From IMG/VR virus record IMGVR_UViG_3300026263_000200: a DNA stretch of 64,000 nucleotides. One strand, written 5' to 3'. Origin of the DNA: a virus. The notes under the pieces were generated by a model. The model saw only the letters and a program-made list of their open reading frames with translations. It ran no database searches and had not been told where the DNA came from. The translations under genes and the position numbers were made by a program. The number at the start of each line of letters is the position of its first letter. Positions within the stretch are counted from its first letter, which is position 1. This document shows positions 1 to 9,860 of the stretch, piece after piece.

Positions 1-70
1 CATAGGGAAAAAAGTGGAAGACAATAAGGAAAAGAAACCTGAAGCAACCAGTCCAACGAGTAATGAATAA

Positions 71-1483
71 ATGCAGATATCAAATTTCAAAGACTACATA
101 ACAGAAGCAAAAACTTCTGGATCATATAGATTAATCATTATATCAGATGAACCTGAAAATGATTTAAACTTTCATACAGCAAAGAACTTAATGAAACAAG
201 CAGATAAGCTTGGTCATAAGTCATATATCTATAGAAACACAGGTGGTTATGTAACTGTTGAAGATGATGGAGAACTGTATTTCCATAACAAAGATGACAA
301 AAAAGGATTTAGAGTATCTGCTAAAGATACAATTGCTATTATAAGAGGTTCAGTAGTACGTAGAGATAGTTGGATGGACTTGGTAACACGATTAGAAAAA
401 CACCAAGTTTTTACTATTAACAGTAGAGAATGTGTTAGTATGTGTGCCGACAAATATAGAACTTCATTAAGATTAGCAGACTATGGTATTAGACAACCTA
501 AATCTGTATTGGTAACTGATCCAGAAAATTCAATAGAATCTTTTGAAAGTTTAGAAGAAAAGTTTCCTGTTATCTTAAAGACATTAAGAGGATCAAAAGG
601 TGTTGGTGTCTTGTTTATTGAATCAGAAAAATCTTTAGATTCAATTGTACAATTACTTAATAAACAAGATGAGGATTCTGATATATTATTACAGCAATAT
701 ATAAAAACTAAATGGGATGCTAGAGTTTTAGTATTACAAGGTAAAGTATTTGCTGCTATGAAAAGACACGTAGTGCCAGGAGATTTTAGAAGTAATGTAT
801 CAAGAGGTGCAGAAGTAGAAGAATTAAAATTAACAAAAGTAGAAATAGAAGAAAGTTTAAAAGCTGCTAAGGCAGTAGATGGTCAATGGGTTGCAGTAGA
901 TTTTATACCATCAGCAGATAGAACAAAAGAACCACCATTTGTTATTGAAGTTAACTCTTCACCAGGTACAGAAGGTATAGAAGAAGCAACAAATAGAAAT
1001 TTAAGTAAAGAAATCATACAATATTTTGAAGATAGAGAAAATTGGAACAAAGTTCCTAGTATGTGTGGTTTTAAAGAAGTTGTACATATACATCCATTTG
1101 GACGTATAGTTGGTAAATTTGACACAGGTAATTCAGGTACGTCTGTTATACACGCAGATAAATTTAAAGTTAGTGGTAAAAAAATAACTTGGACACTAGA
1201 TGGTAAGACACTTACAAACGATATTATACGTAAGCAAACAATAGATGTAGGTGGATTAAGAGATTATAAAGAAGATAGATACGCAATTAAACTTGATGTA
1301 GAATTTGCAGGTGGTTATTATAAAGATGTAGAATTTACATTAGATGATAGGGATGAAAAGTCAAAAATATTGTTTGATAGAGAAACAATGAATAGGTTTA
1401 ATGTAATGGTTAACCCTAATAGAAAATATATAATAACAACCAAGTATAGTTTAGACGATAAACCTATAGATAAAAACAACTAG
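71..1483 (+). CDS. rimK: RimK-family ATP-grasp ligase fused to C-terminal retropepsin-like (RimB-like) protease; internal-protein-like N-terminus
   Basis: ATP-grasp motifs (FPVILKTLRGSKGVGV, LLQQYI, DFRSNVSRG, VIEVNSSPG); C-terminal KFDTGN aspartic-protease motif; N-terminus FKDYITE. Confidence 0.85.
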   Translation: MQISNFKDYITEAKTSGSYRLIIISDEPENDLNFHTAKNLMKQADKLGHKSYIYRNTGGYVTVEDDGELYFHNKDDKKGFRVSAKDTIAIIRGSVVRRDSWMDLVTRLEKHQVFTINSRECVSMCADKYRTSLRLADYGIRQPKSVLVTDPENSIESFESLEEKFPVILKTLRGSKGVGVLFIESEKSLDSIVQLLNKQDEDSDILLQQYIKTKWDARVLVLQGKVFAAMKRHVVPGDFRSNVSRGAEVEELKLTKVEIEESLKAAKAVDGQWVAVDFIPSADRTKEPPFVIEVNSSPGTEGIEEATNRNLSKEIIQYFEDRENWNKVPSMCGFKEVVHIHPFGRIVGKFDTGNSGTSVIHADKFKVSGKKITWTLDGKTLTNDIIRKQTIDVGGLRDYKEDRYAIKLDVEFAGGYYKDVEFTLDDRDEKSKILFDRETMNRFNVMVNPNRKYIITTKYSLDDKPIDKNN

Positions 1484-1485
1484 CA

Positions 1486-1514
1486 TTGACAATTGAGCGG
1501 ATTTAGTATATATT
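1486..1514 (+). promoter_or_regulatory. sigma70-type promoter
   Basis: TTGACA(1486)-N17-TATATT(1509), AGGAG RBS before 1534. Confidence 0.75.
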
Positions 1515-1533
1515 ATAATCAAGGAGAAATATA

Positions 1534-1863
1534 ATGGCAAGTGAAATACAATTATTACGCCTAACAACAGGCGAAGATGTGATTGGCAAAATCACAAAAA
1601 ACGAAAACACAATTACAATAGAAAAAGGATGTGTACTTATACCTAGACAACAAGGTCCAGGTAAACCTGTACAGTTAATGTTAACACCTTATGCACCTTA
1701 TAGTGAAACTAATACTATAGATATTAATAAGGATGTCGTTGTGTCATTTTCAAAACCAAAAAAAGATATACAAGATACTTATATTCAAAGTACTTCAACG
1801 ATAGTAGCACCTAATAAACAGTTAATAACTGAAACAGGACTGCCAACGTTGGGTAAAAAGTGA
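1534..1863 (+). CDS. conserved T4-like hypothetical protein (Sm-like fold likely)
   Basis: LLRLTTGEDVIGKI start typical of small genes upstream of g43 in marine T4-like phages; good RBS. Confidence 0.6.
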   Translation: MASEIQLLRLTTGEDVIGKITKNENTITIEKGCVLIPRQQGPGKPVQLMLTPYAPYSETNTIDINKDVVVSFSKPKKDIQDTYIQSTSTIVAPNKQLITETGLPTLGKK

Positions 1864-2195
1864 TAGACGTTTATTTTGTAAGAAACGGATCCAAAATTCG
1901 TGTTCAAACTAGAGAAGGTTTGAGTGCAATGGAGGCAGCGAAATTTGAATCACACGTACCTATACCAGAAATTCCTGCCGATTGTGGTGGTAATTGTATG
2001 TGTTGTACGTGCCACGTATATGTTGATGAGAAGTGGAAAGATAAAGTGCCATCACCTACTTCTATTTCAATAGAAGAACAACAATTAGAATATGAAAAAG
2101 GATATAAACCAGGTGTTAGTAGATTAAGTTGTCAGATAAAACTTACTAAAGACCTTGACGGTTTAATACTCCATTTGAGAAATGACCTGGTCTAA
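1860..2195 (+). CDS. fdx: 2Fe-2S ferredoxin (adrenodoxin/ISC type)
   Basis: CGGNCMCCTCHVYV and SRLSCQI cysteine motifs. Confidence 0.9.
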   Translation: MIDVYFVRNGSKIRVQTREGLSAMEAAKFESHVPIPEIPADCGGNCMCCTCHVYVDEKWKDKVPSPTSISIEEQQLEYEKGYKPGVSRLSCQIKLTKDLDGLILHLRNDLV

Positions 2196-2610
2196 TAGTG
2201 AAGAAAATATAGTCAATACCTTAAATAATACATTTAAAGGTTTTAGTAAAGACAATTTAATAGTTGAAAAAAAAGGCTATTCTAGTTTTGACGCATACAA
2301 TAATCGTTATACTTGTGAAATAAAAAAAAGAAACTTTGAAAGTTATCACAAATTTGCCAAAGAAGGATTAATTTTAGAGAAATATAAGTATGATAAACTA
2401 ATTCAAAAATCAAAACAAAATAATACAAAAGCACTATATATAAATTTATTTAAAGATAAAAAAATATTTATTTGGAATTTATCAAAATTGACAAATGAAG
2501 GATATGATTTTAAATGGCACAATATGAAAATGAATAAAGCTACATTTAATTCAACAGAAAATAAAATAGATAAAAAAGTGGCACTTTTAAAAGAAGATAT
2601 AACAATATGA
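2182..2610 (+). CDS. putative PD-(D/E)XK nuclease
   Basis: FDAY...CEIKKR resembles D...EXK catalytic motif; very AT/Lys-rich. Confidence 0.5.
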   Translation: MTWSNSEENIVNTLNNTFKGFSKDNLIVEKKGYSSFDAYNNRYTCEIKKRNFESYHKFAKEGLILEKYKYDKLIQKSKQNNTKALYINLFKDKKIFIWNLSKLTNEGYDFKWHNMKMNKATFNSTENKIDKKVALLKEDITI

Positions 2611-2616
2611 GACCAG

Positions 2617-5106
2617 ATGAACTTTTATAAAAATGTAATAGAACATAAAGGCAAACTACTTGTTAGAGGTGTAAGAGATAGCAAAGAGTTTAAAGAGAGG
2701 ATTAATTTTTCTCCAACATTATATTCAGTATCACAACATCAAGAAGAATTTAAATCATTACAAGGACATAATTTAAGACCTATTACTTTTTCATCTATTG
2801 ACGCTGCTCGTAGATTTAAACGTGATGTTGCTACTCAAAATGCACCTGTTTATGGACTTGATAGATTTCATTATCAATACATCAATGAAGAGTATCCAAA
2901 ACAAGTTAAGTGGTCAAAAGAATTAATTAAAATATTTACATTAGATATAGAATGTACCTGTGAAAATGGATTTCCAGAAGTAAATAATCCAATTGAAGAA
3001 CTATTATGTATTACAGTTAAGAATCAATCAAACAAACAAATTATAACGTGGGGTATCGGTGAGTTTAAAACCTTACGTACAGATGTAACTTATATTCAAT
3101 GTACAGATGAACGACATTTAATAATGGAGTTTATGAAATTCTGGTTGAAGAATTATCCAGATGTTATTACAGGTTGGAATACTAAATTCTTTGACTTACC
3201 TTATTTAATGAATAGAATTCAATTAGTTGCAGGTGCTAAAGTTTCAAATAGAATGTCGCCTTGGAACATAATTCATAAAGAAGAAATAATTGTAAGAGGT
3301 AGACCTAATACATATTATTCATTGTATGGAATTGCAATGTTAGATTATCTTGATTTATATAAATGGTTTATACCAGTAAGACAAGAGAGTTATAGACTAT
3401 CTCATATAGGTGAAGTAGAACTAGGCGAAACTAAAATAGAAAATCCATATGATACTTTTAAAGATTTCTATACAAAAGATTATCAAAAATTTGTAGAGTA
3501 TAATATTCAAGACGTTGAAATAGTTGATGGTTTAGAAGACAAGTTAGGTCTAATTGATTTATCTTTAACCTTTGCATATGAAACTAAAGTAAATTATAAC
3601 GATATTTTTTCACAGGTAAGAGTTTGGGATACATTAATTGCAAACCACTTGATGACAAAAAAGATTTGTGTACCACCTAGGGAAGACCACATAAAGGACA
3701 CCAAGTATGAAGGTGCGTATGTGAAAGAACCTAGATTGGGTATGCAAAAATGGGTGGTGTCTTTTGATATCAACTCTCTTTATCCACATATTATTGTACA
3801 ATATAATATTTCTCCCGAAAAGATATTAGGTGTTAAACCATCTGGTGTTTCTGTGAATAAAATGCTTGATAAGAAGACACCCCTAGATTATTTAAAAACA
3901 GAAGGTGCGTGTATAACACCTAACGGTGCAATGTTTAAAAATGATAATCAAGGTTTCTTACCTGAAATGATTGAAAAGATTTATAAAGACCGTGTGATAT
4001 ATAAGAAACGTGAATTAAAAGCAAAGAAAGAATATCAAAATAATCCAACAACAGAATTAAAAAAAGAAATTGCTAGGTGTCATAACGTACAATGGGCAAG
4101 AAAGATTGCGTTGAATAGTTGTTATGGTGCAATAGGTAATCAATACTTTAGATACTATGATATAGCACAAGCAAGTGCTGTAACTACAGCAGGTCAATAT
4201 ATTATAAGAAATATAGAACAAAAAGTAAATGAATATCTAAATCAAATATTACAAACACACAATGAAGTAGATTATATATTAGCGTCTGATACAGATTCAA
4301 TTTATGTATCGTTTGATAAACTTGTAGAGAAGACTTGTAAAAATAAAACAGACCAACAAGTATGTGATTTTCTTGCTAAGGTATGTGATAATAAATTAGA
4401 ACCTTTTATTGCAAAACAATTTGAAGATGTTGCAGATTATACTAACGCATTTAAGAACGCAATGGTTATGGCACGTGAAGTTATTGCGAACAAAGGTATA
4501 TGGGTTGCGAAAAAAAGATATATGTTAAATGTATTAGACGAGGAAGATGTGAGATTATCTGAACCTAAATTAAAGATTATGGGTATAGAGGCAATTAAAT
4601 CTTCAACTCCACAAGTATGCCGAGGTAAGATTAAAGAAGCAATTAAAATAATTATGTCAAAAGAAGAATCTGATTTACATACTTTCATTGCAGATTTTAA
4701 AAAAGAATTTATGCAATTACCTCCAGAGAAGATATCATTTCCAAGGTCTTGTAATAATATGAGAAAATATGGTAGTAGTAAAGATGTGTTTATTAAAGGC
4801 ACACCTATACACGTTAAGGGTGCATTGATTTATAATCATCAAATAAAACAATTTAAATTACAGAATAAGTATCCTTATATTCAAGAAGGAGATAAGATTA
4901 AATTTATTAAATTGTTAGAAGCAAATCCATTTAAGTTTGATGTGATTAGTTATGTAACTCAATTACCAAAAGAGTTTAACTTAAAAGAATATGTTGATTA
5001 TGAATTACAATTTGAAAAGACTTTCCTAGACCCTATGAGATTTATATTAAATTCAATAGGTTGGGAACACGAAAAGAAAGCAAGTCTGGAGGCGTTCTTT
5101 GGCTAA
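2617..5106 (+). CDS. 43: family B DNA polymerase (T4 gp43)
   Basis: Exo motif LDIEC, pol motifs SFDINSLYP, KIALNSCYG, SDTDS; C-terminal clamp-binding SLEAFF. Confidence 0.97.
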   Translation: MNFYKNVIEHKGKLLVRGVRDSKEFKERINFSPTLYSVSQHQEEFKSLQGHNLRPITFSSIDAARRFKRDVATQNAPVYGLDRFHYQYINEEYPKQVKWSKELIKIFTLDIECTCENGFPEVNNPIEELLCITVKNQSNKQIITWGIGEFKTLRTDVTYIQCTDERHLIMEFMKFWLKNYPDVITGWNTKFFDLPYLMNRIQLVAGAKVSNRMSPWNIIHKEEIIVRGRPNTYYSLYGIAMLDYLDLYKWFIPVRQESYRLSHIGEVELGETKIENPYDTFKDFYTKDYQKFVEYNIQDVEIVDGLEDKLGLIDLSLTFAYETKVNYNDIFSQVRVWDTLIANHLMTKKICVPPREDHIKDTKYEGAYVKEPRLGMQKWVVSFDINSLYPHIIVQYNISPEKILGVKPSGVSVNKMLDKKTPLDYLKTEGACITPNGAMFKNDNQGFLPEMIEKIYKDRVIYKKRELKAKKEYQNNPTTELKKEIARCHNVQWARKIALNSCYGAIGNQYFRYYDIAQASAVTTAGQYIIRNIEQKVNEYLNQILQTHNEVDYILASDTDSIYVSFDKLVEKTCKNKTDQQVCDFLAKVCDNKLEPFIAKQFEDVADYTNAFKNAMVMAREVIANKGIWVAKKRYMLNVLDEEDVRLSEPKLKIMGIEAIKSSTPQVCRGKIKEAIKIIMSKEESDLHTFIADFKKEFMQLPPEKISFPRSCNNMRKYGSSKDVFIKGTPIHVKGALIYNHQIKQFKLQNKYPYIQEGDKIKFIKLLEANPFKFDVISYVTQLPKEFNLKEYVDYELQFEKTFLDPMRFILNSIGWEHEKKASLEAFFG

Positions 5107-5107
5107 T

Positions 5108-5251
5108 ATGTTTGACGCATTTGCAGTTGCTATGGCAATAGTATTTGCTTATAGAACAGGAGAAGTTTTAGCAATGACTAAAATGAAATTTGCAACACTA
5201 GTATTATGGTTGTTTGTAATAAAATTTATATCGGTAATGTATGTTAATTAA
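5108..5251 (+). CDS. small membrane protein (47 aa)
   Basis: manually translated ORF MFDAFAVAMAIVFAY...LVLWLFVIKFISVMYVN fills the gap. Confidence 0.45.
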   Translation: MFDAFAVAMAIVFAYRTGEVLAMTKMKFATLVLWLFVIKFISVMYVN

Positions 5252-6296
5252 TGAAGAAAGTTTAAAACATTTAAAAACACTTGAAGACAATACGTTTGAT
5301 TCGTGTGTAACTGATCCACCGTATCACTTGGCGTCTATACTTAAACGATTTGGACCAGGTCAAAAAGGTATTAATAATAAAGATGAGAAAGAAGGTCGTA
5401 ATGGACCTTATCATAGAGCGGCAAAAGGATTTATGGGACAGACTTGGGATGGTGGTGATATAGCATTTAATAAAGATTTTTGGAAAGAAGTATATAGAGT
5501 TATGAAACCAGGTGCAGTACTACTATCTTTTGCTGCCACTAGAAACTATCATAGAATGGCAGTTGCAGTAGAAGACGCTGGGTTTGAAATATTTGATATG
5601 ATACAATGGTTATATGGTAGTGGTTTTCCTAAAAGAAAAAACTATTTAAAACCTGCGTGTGAACCTATTGTAATGGCACGTAAGGGTGTTAATAAAAATT
5701 TAAACATAGATGAGTGTAGAGTGCCTGGATATCAATGGGACACAACTAAAAACAGAAGAGAACCTAAAAAACATAAAGAAGCAATTTACAAATTAGGTTT
5801 AAAGAAAGCAGGTACAGGAGAAAAAATAGATGGTAGATATCCTGCCAATGTTATACACGATGGATCAGATGAAGTGATTGAAAGTTTTCCTAAACAAAAA
5901 ACAGCAGGACATTGGCCGAGTGTTAAAGTTACAGGATATGGTAATATGGGTAGAGAAGTAGGTGGACAAAAGACAGCGAAAGAAGAATACTTTGGTGCAG
6001 GTCCACAAGTAAGAGAAGATGGTTCAGTTGCAAGATTTTTCTATTGTGCTAAGGCAAGTAAAAAAGAAAAATCAGATACAAAACACCCTACAGTTAAACC
6101 ATTAGAGTTAATGAGATATCTTGTTAAGTTAGTTACACCTAAAGATGGAACAGTATTGGATCCATTTGCAGGTACAGGTACTACTGGTGAAGCGGCGTTA
6201 TTAGAAGGTCGTAAGTATTACTTGATAGAAAGAGAAAAGAGTTATTTTAAAGACATAGAGAAGAGATTAAAGAAAGTGAATCCGTTTTTTGTATGA
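5241..6296 (+). CDS. DNA amino-methyltransferase (N6A/N4C, beta class)
   Basis: DPPY near N-terminus, HPTVKP and DPFAGTGTT near C-terminus. Confidence 0.9.
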   Translation: MLINEESLKHLKTLEDNTFDSCVTDPPYHLASILKRFGPGQKGINNKDEKEGRNGPYHRAAKGFMGQTWDGGDIAFNKDFWKEVYRVMKPGAVLLSFAATRNYHRMAVAVEDAGFEIFDMIQWLYGSGFPKRKNYLKPACEPIVMARKGVNKNLNIDECRVPGYQWDTTKNRREPKKHKEAIYKLGLKKAGTGEKIDGRYPANVIHDGSDEVIESFPKQKTAGHWPSVKVTGYGNMGREVGGQKTAKEEYFGAGPQVREDGSVARFFYCAKASKKEKSDTKHPTVKPLELMRYLVKLVTPKDGTVLDPFAGTGTTGEAALLEGRKYYLIEREKSYFKDIEKRLKKVNPFFV

Positions 6297-6310
6297 CAAT
6301 TTTACTTGCA

Positions 6311-6339
6311 TTGACTTTATCTGCTTTGTGTGTTATAAT
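6311..6339 (+). promoter_or_regulatory. sigma70-type promoter with extended -10
   Basis: TTGACT-N17-TATAAT preceded by TGn. Confidence 0.8.
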
Positions 6340-6368
6340 ACCATTACTATTATTATTAATGTGGAACA

Positions 6369-7598
6369 ATGAAAAACCTAGACCTTAAACAATTCGCAGA
6401 CGAAAATAGATTGCCTATTATGGACTCTATTCAATTTAAAAATTGGACAGATGAAATAGGTAAAGAAAAATTTAGAGAACTATTATCAGAATATATTGCT
6501 GAACATAGACCAGAATTTCCTTTAAATCATATTTCATATGATGATATGAAAAACAATATAATACAATTAAGTAAATTTAATACTAGTAAAATTTGTATAC
6601 CTAAAGAACAAAGTCATAAAGATGTCTTTGAAAAATATGATGACTATAAGTATCCATATTCAAAATATGGTTTAGGAGTAATTGACGCTTCTTCAATATA
6701 TAATAAGTGCAGTAATTATTTTCATCAAGAGTTAAGATTAAATTGTTCAAGTTATAGTTTTAGAGCACCAATTGAAGTTTTTAAAAATGGTAATGCAAAA
6801 GATATATGGAAGTGTTTAGGTGCATTATGGAGAGGTGTGAATAGTAGTAAAGATTTATCGCCAGGTAGTTATAGAGAAGCAATAAGATTGGGTACATATA
6901 TTGCAACACAATTTAAACCAGTTGTTGCAAAAACAATATACGATATGACCGAGGCAGAAACAGTATTAGATACGAGTTGTGGTTGGGGAGATAGACTTGC
7001 TGGTTTCTTTGCCAGTAATGCAACACATTATTATGGTTGTGATCCTAATCCAAATACATATAAAATATATCAGAAACAGATAGAAGAATATAGTAAATTC
7101 TTTAAAAACAAAACTGTTAAGATATGGAATTGTGGTGCAGAAGATTTACCTTATAACGAACTACCAGAAATAGATTGTGCATTTACAAGTCCACCTTACT
7201 TTAGTACTGAACAATATAATAAAGGTGGTGAGAAAGAAGAGAATCAATCTTGGTTTAAGTTTAATGAGTATGAGCAATGGAGAGATAGTTTTTATCTTCC
7301 AGTTGCAGAAAAGACAATGAGTAAATCAAAATATATGTTTGTTAATATTATGGATCCAAAGATTAAGGGTACTAGATATAGGTCAAGTGATGAACTAGTT
7401 GATAGATTTAAAGATAAGTTTTTAGGTCAGATTGGTATGAGGATTATGCAAAGACCACAAGGTACTAAAAAATTTAAAACAAAAGAAGAGTTAAATACGT
7501 TTATGGCAATGACATATATTGAAAATGTATGGTGTTTTGGAGAGAAAACAGACTTATTTAAACACGCAAGAGTAGGGACGTTAGACGCATTTATATAA
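6369..7598 (+). CDS. DNA methyltransferase
   Basis: SAM-binding LDTSCGWGDRLAG followed by catalytic FTSPPYF. Confidence 0.85.
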   Translation: MKNLDLKQFADENRLPIMDSIQFKNWTDEIGKEKFRELLSEYIAEHRPEFPLNHISYDDMKNNIIQLSKFNTSKICIPKEQSHKDVFEKYDDYKYPYSKYGLGVIDASSIYNKCSNYFHQELRLNCSSYSFRAPIEVFKNGNAKDIWKCLGALWRGVNSSKDLSPGSYREAIRLGTYIATQFKPVVAKTIYDMTEAETVLDTSCGWGDRLAGFFASNATHYYGCDPNPNTYKIYQKQIEEYSKFFKNKTVKIWNCGAEDLPYNELPEIDCAFTSPPYFSTEQYNKGGEKEENQSWFKFNEYEQWRDSFYLPVAEKTMSKSKYMFVNIMDPKIKGTRYRSSDELVDRFKDKFLGQIGMRIMQRPQGTKKFKTKEELNTFMAMTYIENVWCFGEKTDLFKHARVGTLDAFI

Positions 7599-7601
7599 AT
7601 A
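7594..7601 (+). promoter_or_regulatory. T4 late promoter
   Basis: TATAAATA directly before ORF 7607. Confidence 0.55.
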
Positions 7602-7606
7602 TTATT

Positions 7607-7897
7607 ATGGATTACTTTTATTTATTTTTGGTTATATTCATACTCAATGATGGTTTTACTATGTCAAGGCATTACTGTTCCTATTTAAGAAACTTACGAG
7701 AAAAAATTATTGAAAAGATAACCTATGGTTGGTGGATTGCCATACATAGTGTTGTAGATATAGGAAGTATTATTGGTATGATGGTTTATTTTGAAAAAGC
7801 AAAACATTTTTGGGTTGCTATTTCCATACCGATAGTTATTATACTATGGTATATACCTTTAGGATGGAAAAAGTATCGTGAGAATAACAGTATATAA
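7607..7897 (+). CDS. small membrane protein
   Basis: three hydrophobic segments. Confidence 0.55.
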   Translation: MDYFYLFLVIFILNDGFTMSRHYCSYLRNLREKIIEKITYGWWIAIHSVVDIGSIIGMMVYFEKAKHFWVAISIPIVIILWYIPLGWKKYRENNSI

Positions 7898-7941
7898 AAG
7901 ATATAATGATTATATTTTTACAGATTTTCTACCAACGGAAC

Positions 7942-7970
7942 TTGACTCGGTTAGAGAATTATGTTATATT
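7942..7970 (+). promoter_or_regulatory. sigma70-type promoter for uvsX operon
   Basis: TTGACT-N17-TATATT with TGn extension. Confidence 0.7.
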
Positions 7971-8022
7971 AACAACATCAAATGGTACACAATAAGTTAT
8001 ACGGAAAGCGAATGGAACGAAT

Positions 8023-9048
8023 ATGAAAGATTTTCTAAAAGAAATAATTAAAGAAACAGGTAATGAATTTGCTAGTTTAGCAAGTGAAGGAATCACAGCA
8101 GGTGATGTATCTTCATTTATAGATACAGGTTCTTATTCTTTTAATGCTCTTCTATCAGGTTCAATTTACGGTGGGTTGCCAGGCAATAGAATTACAGCAA
8201 TTGCAGGTGAGGCAGCAACTGGTAAAACATTTTTCGCATTAGGTATTTTAAAAAATTATTTAGAAAAAGACAAAGACGCAGGCGTAGTCTTGTTTGAATC
8301 AGAAAACGCAGTATCAAAAGATATGATAGAGGCGAGAGGTGTTGATAGTAAAAGAGTTGTAGTAGTACCAGTATCAACTGTACAAGAATTTAGAACACAG
8401 GCAATAAAAATTTTAGACAAGTATTTAGAACAAGACCCAAAAGACAGACAACCTTTAATGTTTGTATTAGATAGTTTAGGTATGTTATCTACTACAAAAG
8501 AAATGACAGACACAGGAGAGGGTAAAGAAACAAGAGATATGACAAGGTCACAAATTGTCAAATCTACATTTAGAGTTTTAACACTTAAACTAGGACAAGC
8601 AGGTGTTCCTATGTTAATGACCAATCACACATATGATGTTATTGGTTCTATGTTCCCACAAAAAGAAATGGGCGGCGGTTCAGGATTGAAATACGCTGCT
8701 TCAACAATCATCTATCTAGGTAAACGAAAAGAAAAAATCGGTACAGAAGTAGTTGGTAATATTATTCATTGCAAAACATATAAGTCAAGAATCACAAAAG
8801 AAAATTCTCAAATTGATGTTAAGTTAACCTATAAAAAAGGACTAGATAAGTATTATGGTCTTCTTCAACTTGGTGAAGAGGCAGGTATCTTTAAGAAAGT
8901 ATCAACAAGATATGAAATGCCTGATGGTTCTAAAGTATTTGGTAAAACAATCAATGATGAACCAGAAAAGTATTTTACAAAAGAAGTATTAGATAAAATA
9001 GATGAACACGCAAACCAAAAATTTACATACGGATCAGACGAAGAATAA
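8023..9048 (+). CDS. uvsX: UvsX RecA-like recombinase
   Basis: Walker [27 protein letters not shown]. Confidence 0.95.
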   Translation: MKDFLKEIIKETGNEFASLASEGITAGDVSSFIDTGSYSFNALLSGSIYGGLPGNRITAIAGEAATGKTFFALGILKNYLEKDKDAGVVLFESENAVSKDMIEARGVDSKRVVVVPVSTVQEFRTQAIKILDKYLEQDPKDRQPLMFVLDSLGMLSTTKEMTDTGEGKETRDMTRSQIVKSTFRVLTLKLGQAGVPMLMTNHTYDVIGSMFPQKEMGGGSGLKYAASTIIYLGKRKEKIGTEVVGNIIHCKTYKSRITKENSQIDVKLTYKKGLDKYYGLLQLGEEAGIFKKVSTRYEMPDGSKVFGKTINDEPEKYFTKEVLDKIDEHANQKFTYGSDEE

Positions 9049-9316
9049 AAGATACACCTTTGCTCAAAAGGATGGTGAAGATTTTTCCTGTATAAAACTT
9101 ACCGAAGGTAAGTATAGAGGAGTAATTTTTCACTATGGTAAAGTAGAATTTGGAAAGGATGAAAATCCTGATGGTACTAAATCTATGAAGTTTGATTTTA
9201 CTGTTAGATTAAATCCTACAGAAGAGAAATTGGATCCAGATAATAAAGAATTTGTAAATTATATTGGCGACTTGTTGATAGAATTATTAGATGAGAAAGT
9301 GAAAAGTGGAAAATAA
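9002..9316 (+). CDS. probable gp40-like head vertex assembly chaperone
   Basis: size and position between uvsX and gene 41 as in T4. Confidence 0.45.
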   Translation: MNTQTKNLHTDQTKNKRYTFAQKDGEDFSCIKLTEGKYRGVIFHYGKVEFGKDENPDGTKSMKFDFTVRLNPTEEKLDPDNKEFVNYIGDLLIELLDEKVKSGK

Positions 9317-9860
9317 AAATTATATTAATGTTTATGATGATGTATTAGAACCAAATCAATGTCAACACTTGGTTGATAAGTTTGAAGATTCAAAACATCA
9401 ATGGACTAAAACACAATTAAAAGGTCATAGGTCTTTTACAGAAATTAATATAAATTTACATTCAGATTGGCAAGAATATGTGGACATAGTATATAAAGTA
9501 TTGAGACCATATGTTGATAAGTATTGTGAAGATAATAATATAGATAGATTAAAACAATGGCCGAATAAATTTGGTTTTGAACAAATACGTTTTAAGAAAT
9601 ATGAAGTTAATAAGGAAGATGAATTTCAAGAACACGTTGATGTTATGGATTATGCAAGTGCAAAAAGATTTCTTGTACTCTTTTTATATTTAAAAGATAA
9701 TATAGAAGGTCATACTTCTTTTCCTGAATATGATATGAAAGTTAAACCAAAAGCAGGTAGATTATTAATGTTTCCACCTTTGTGGACTTATAAACATATA
9801 GGACATAAACCAATAAAAGAACCTAAATATATAATAGGAAGTTATTTGCATTACGTATGA
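9306..9860 (+). CDS. 2OG-Fe(II) oxygenase (prolyl-hydroxylase-like)
   Basis: HVD...H triad, FLYL, GRLLMFPP, KYII. Confidence 0.85.
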   Translation: MENKNYINVYDDVLEPNQCQHLVDKFEDSKHQWTKTQLKGHRSFTEININLHSDWQEYVDIVYKVLRPYVDKYCEDNNIDRLKQWPNKFGFEQIRFKKYEVNKEDEFQEHVDVMDYASAKRFLVLFLYLKDNIEGHTSFPEYDMKVKPKAGRLLMFPPLWTYKHIGHKPIKEPKYIIGSYLHYV

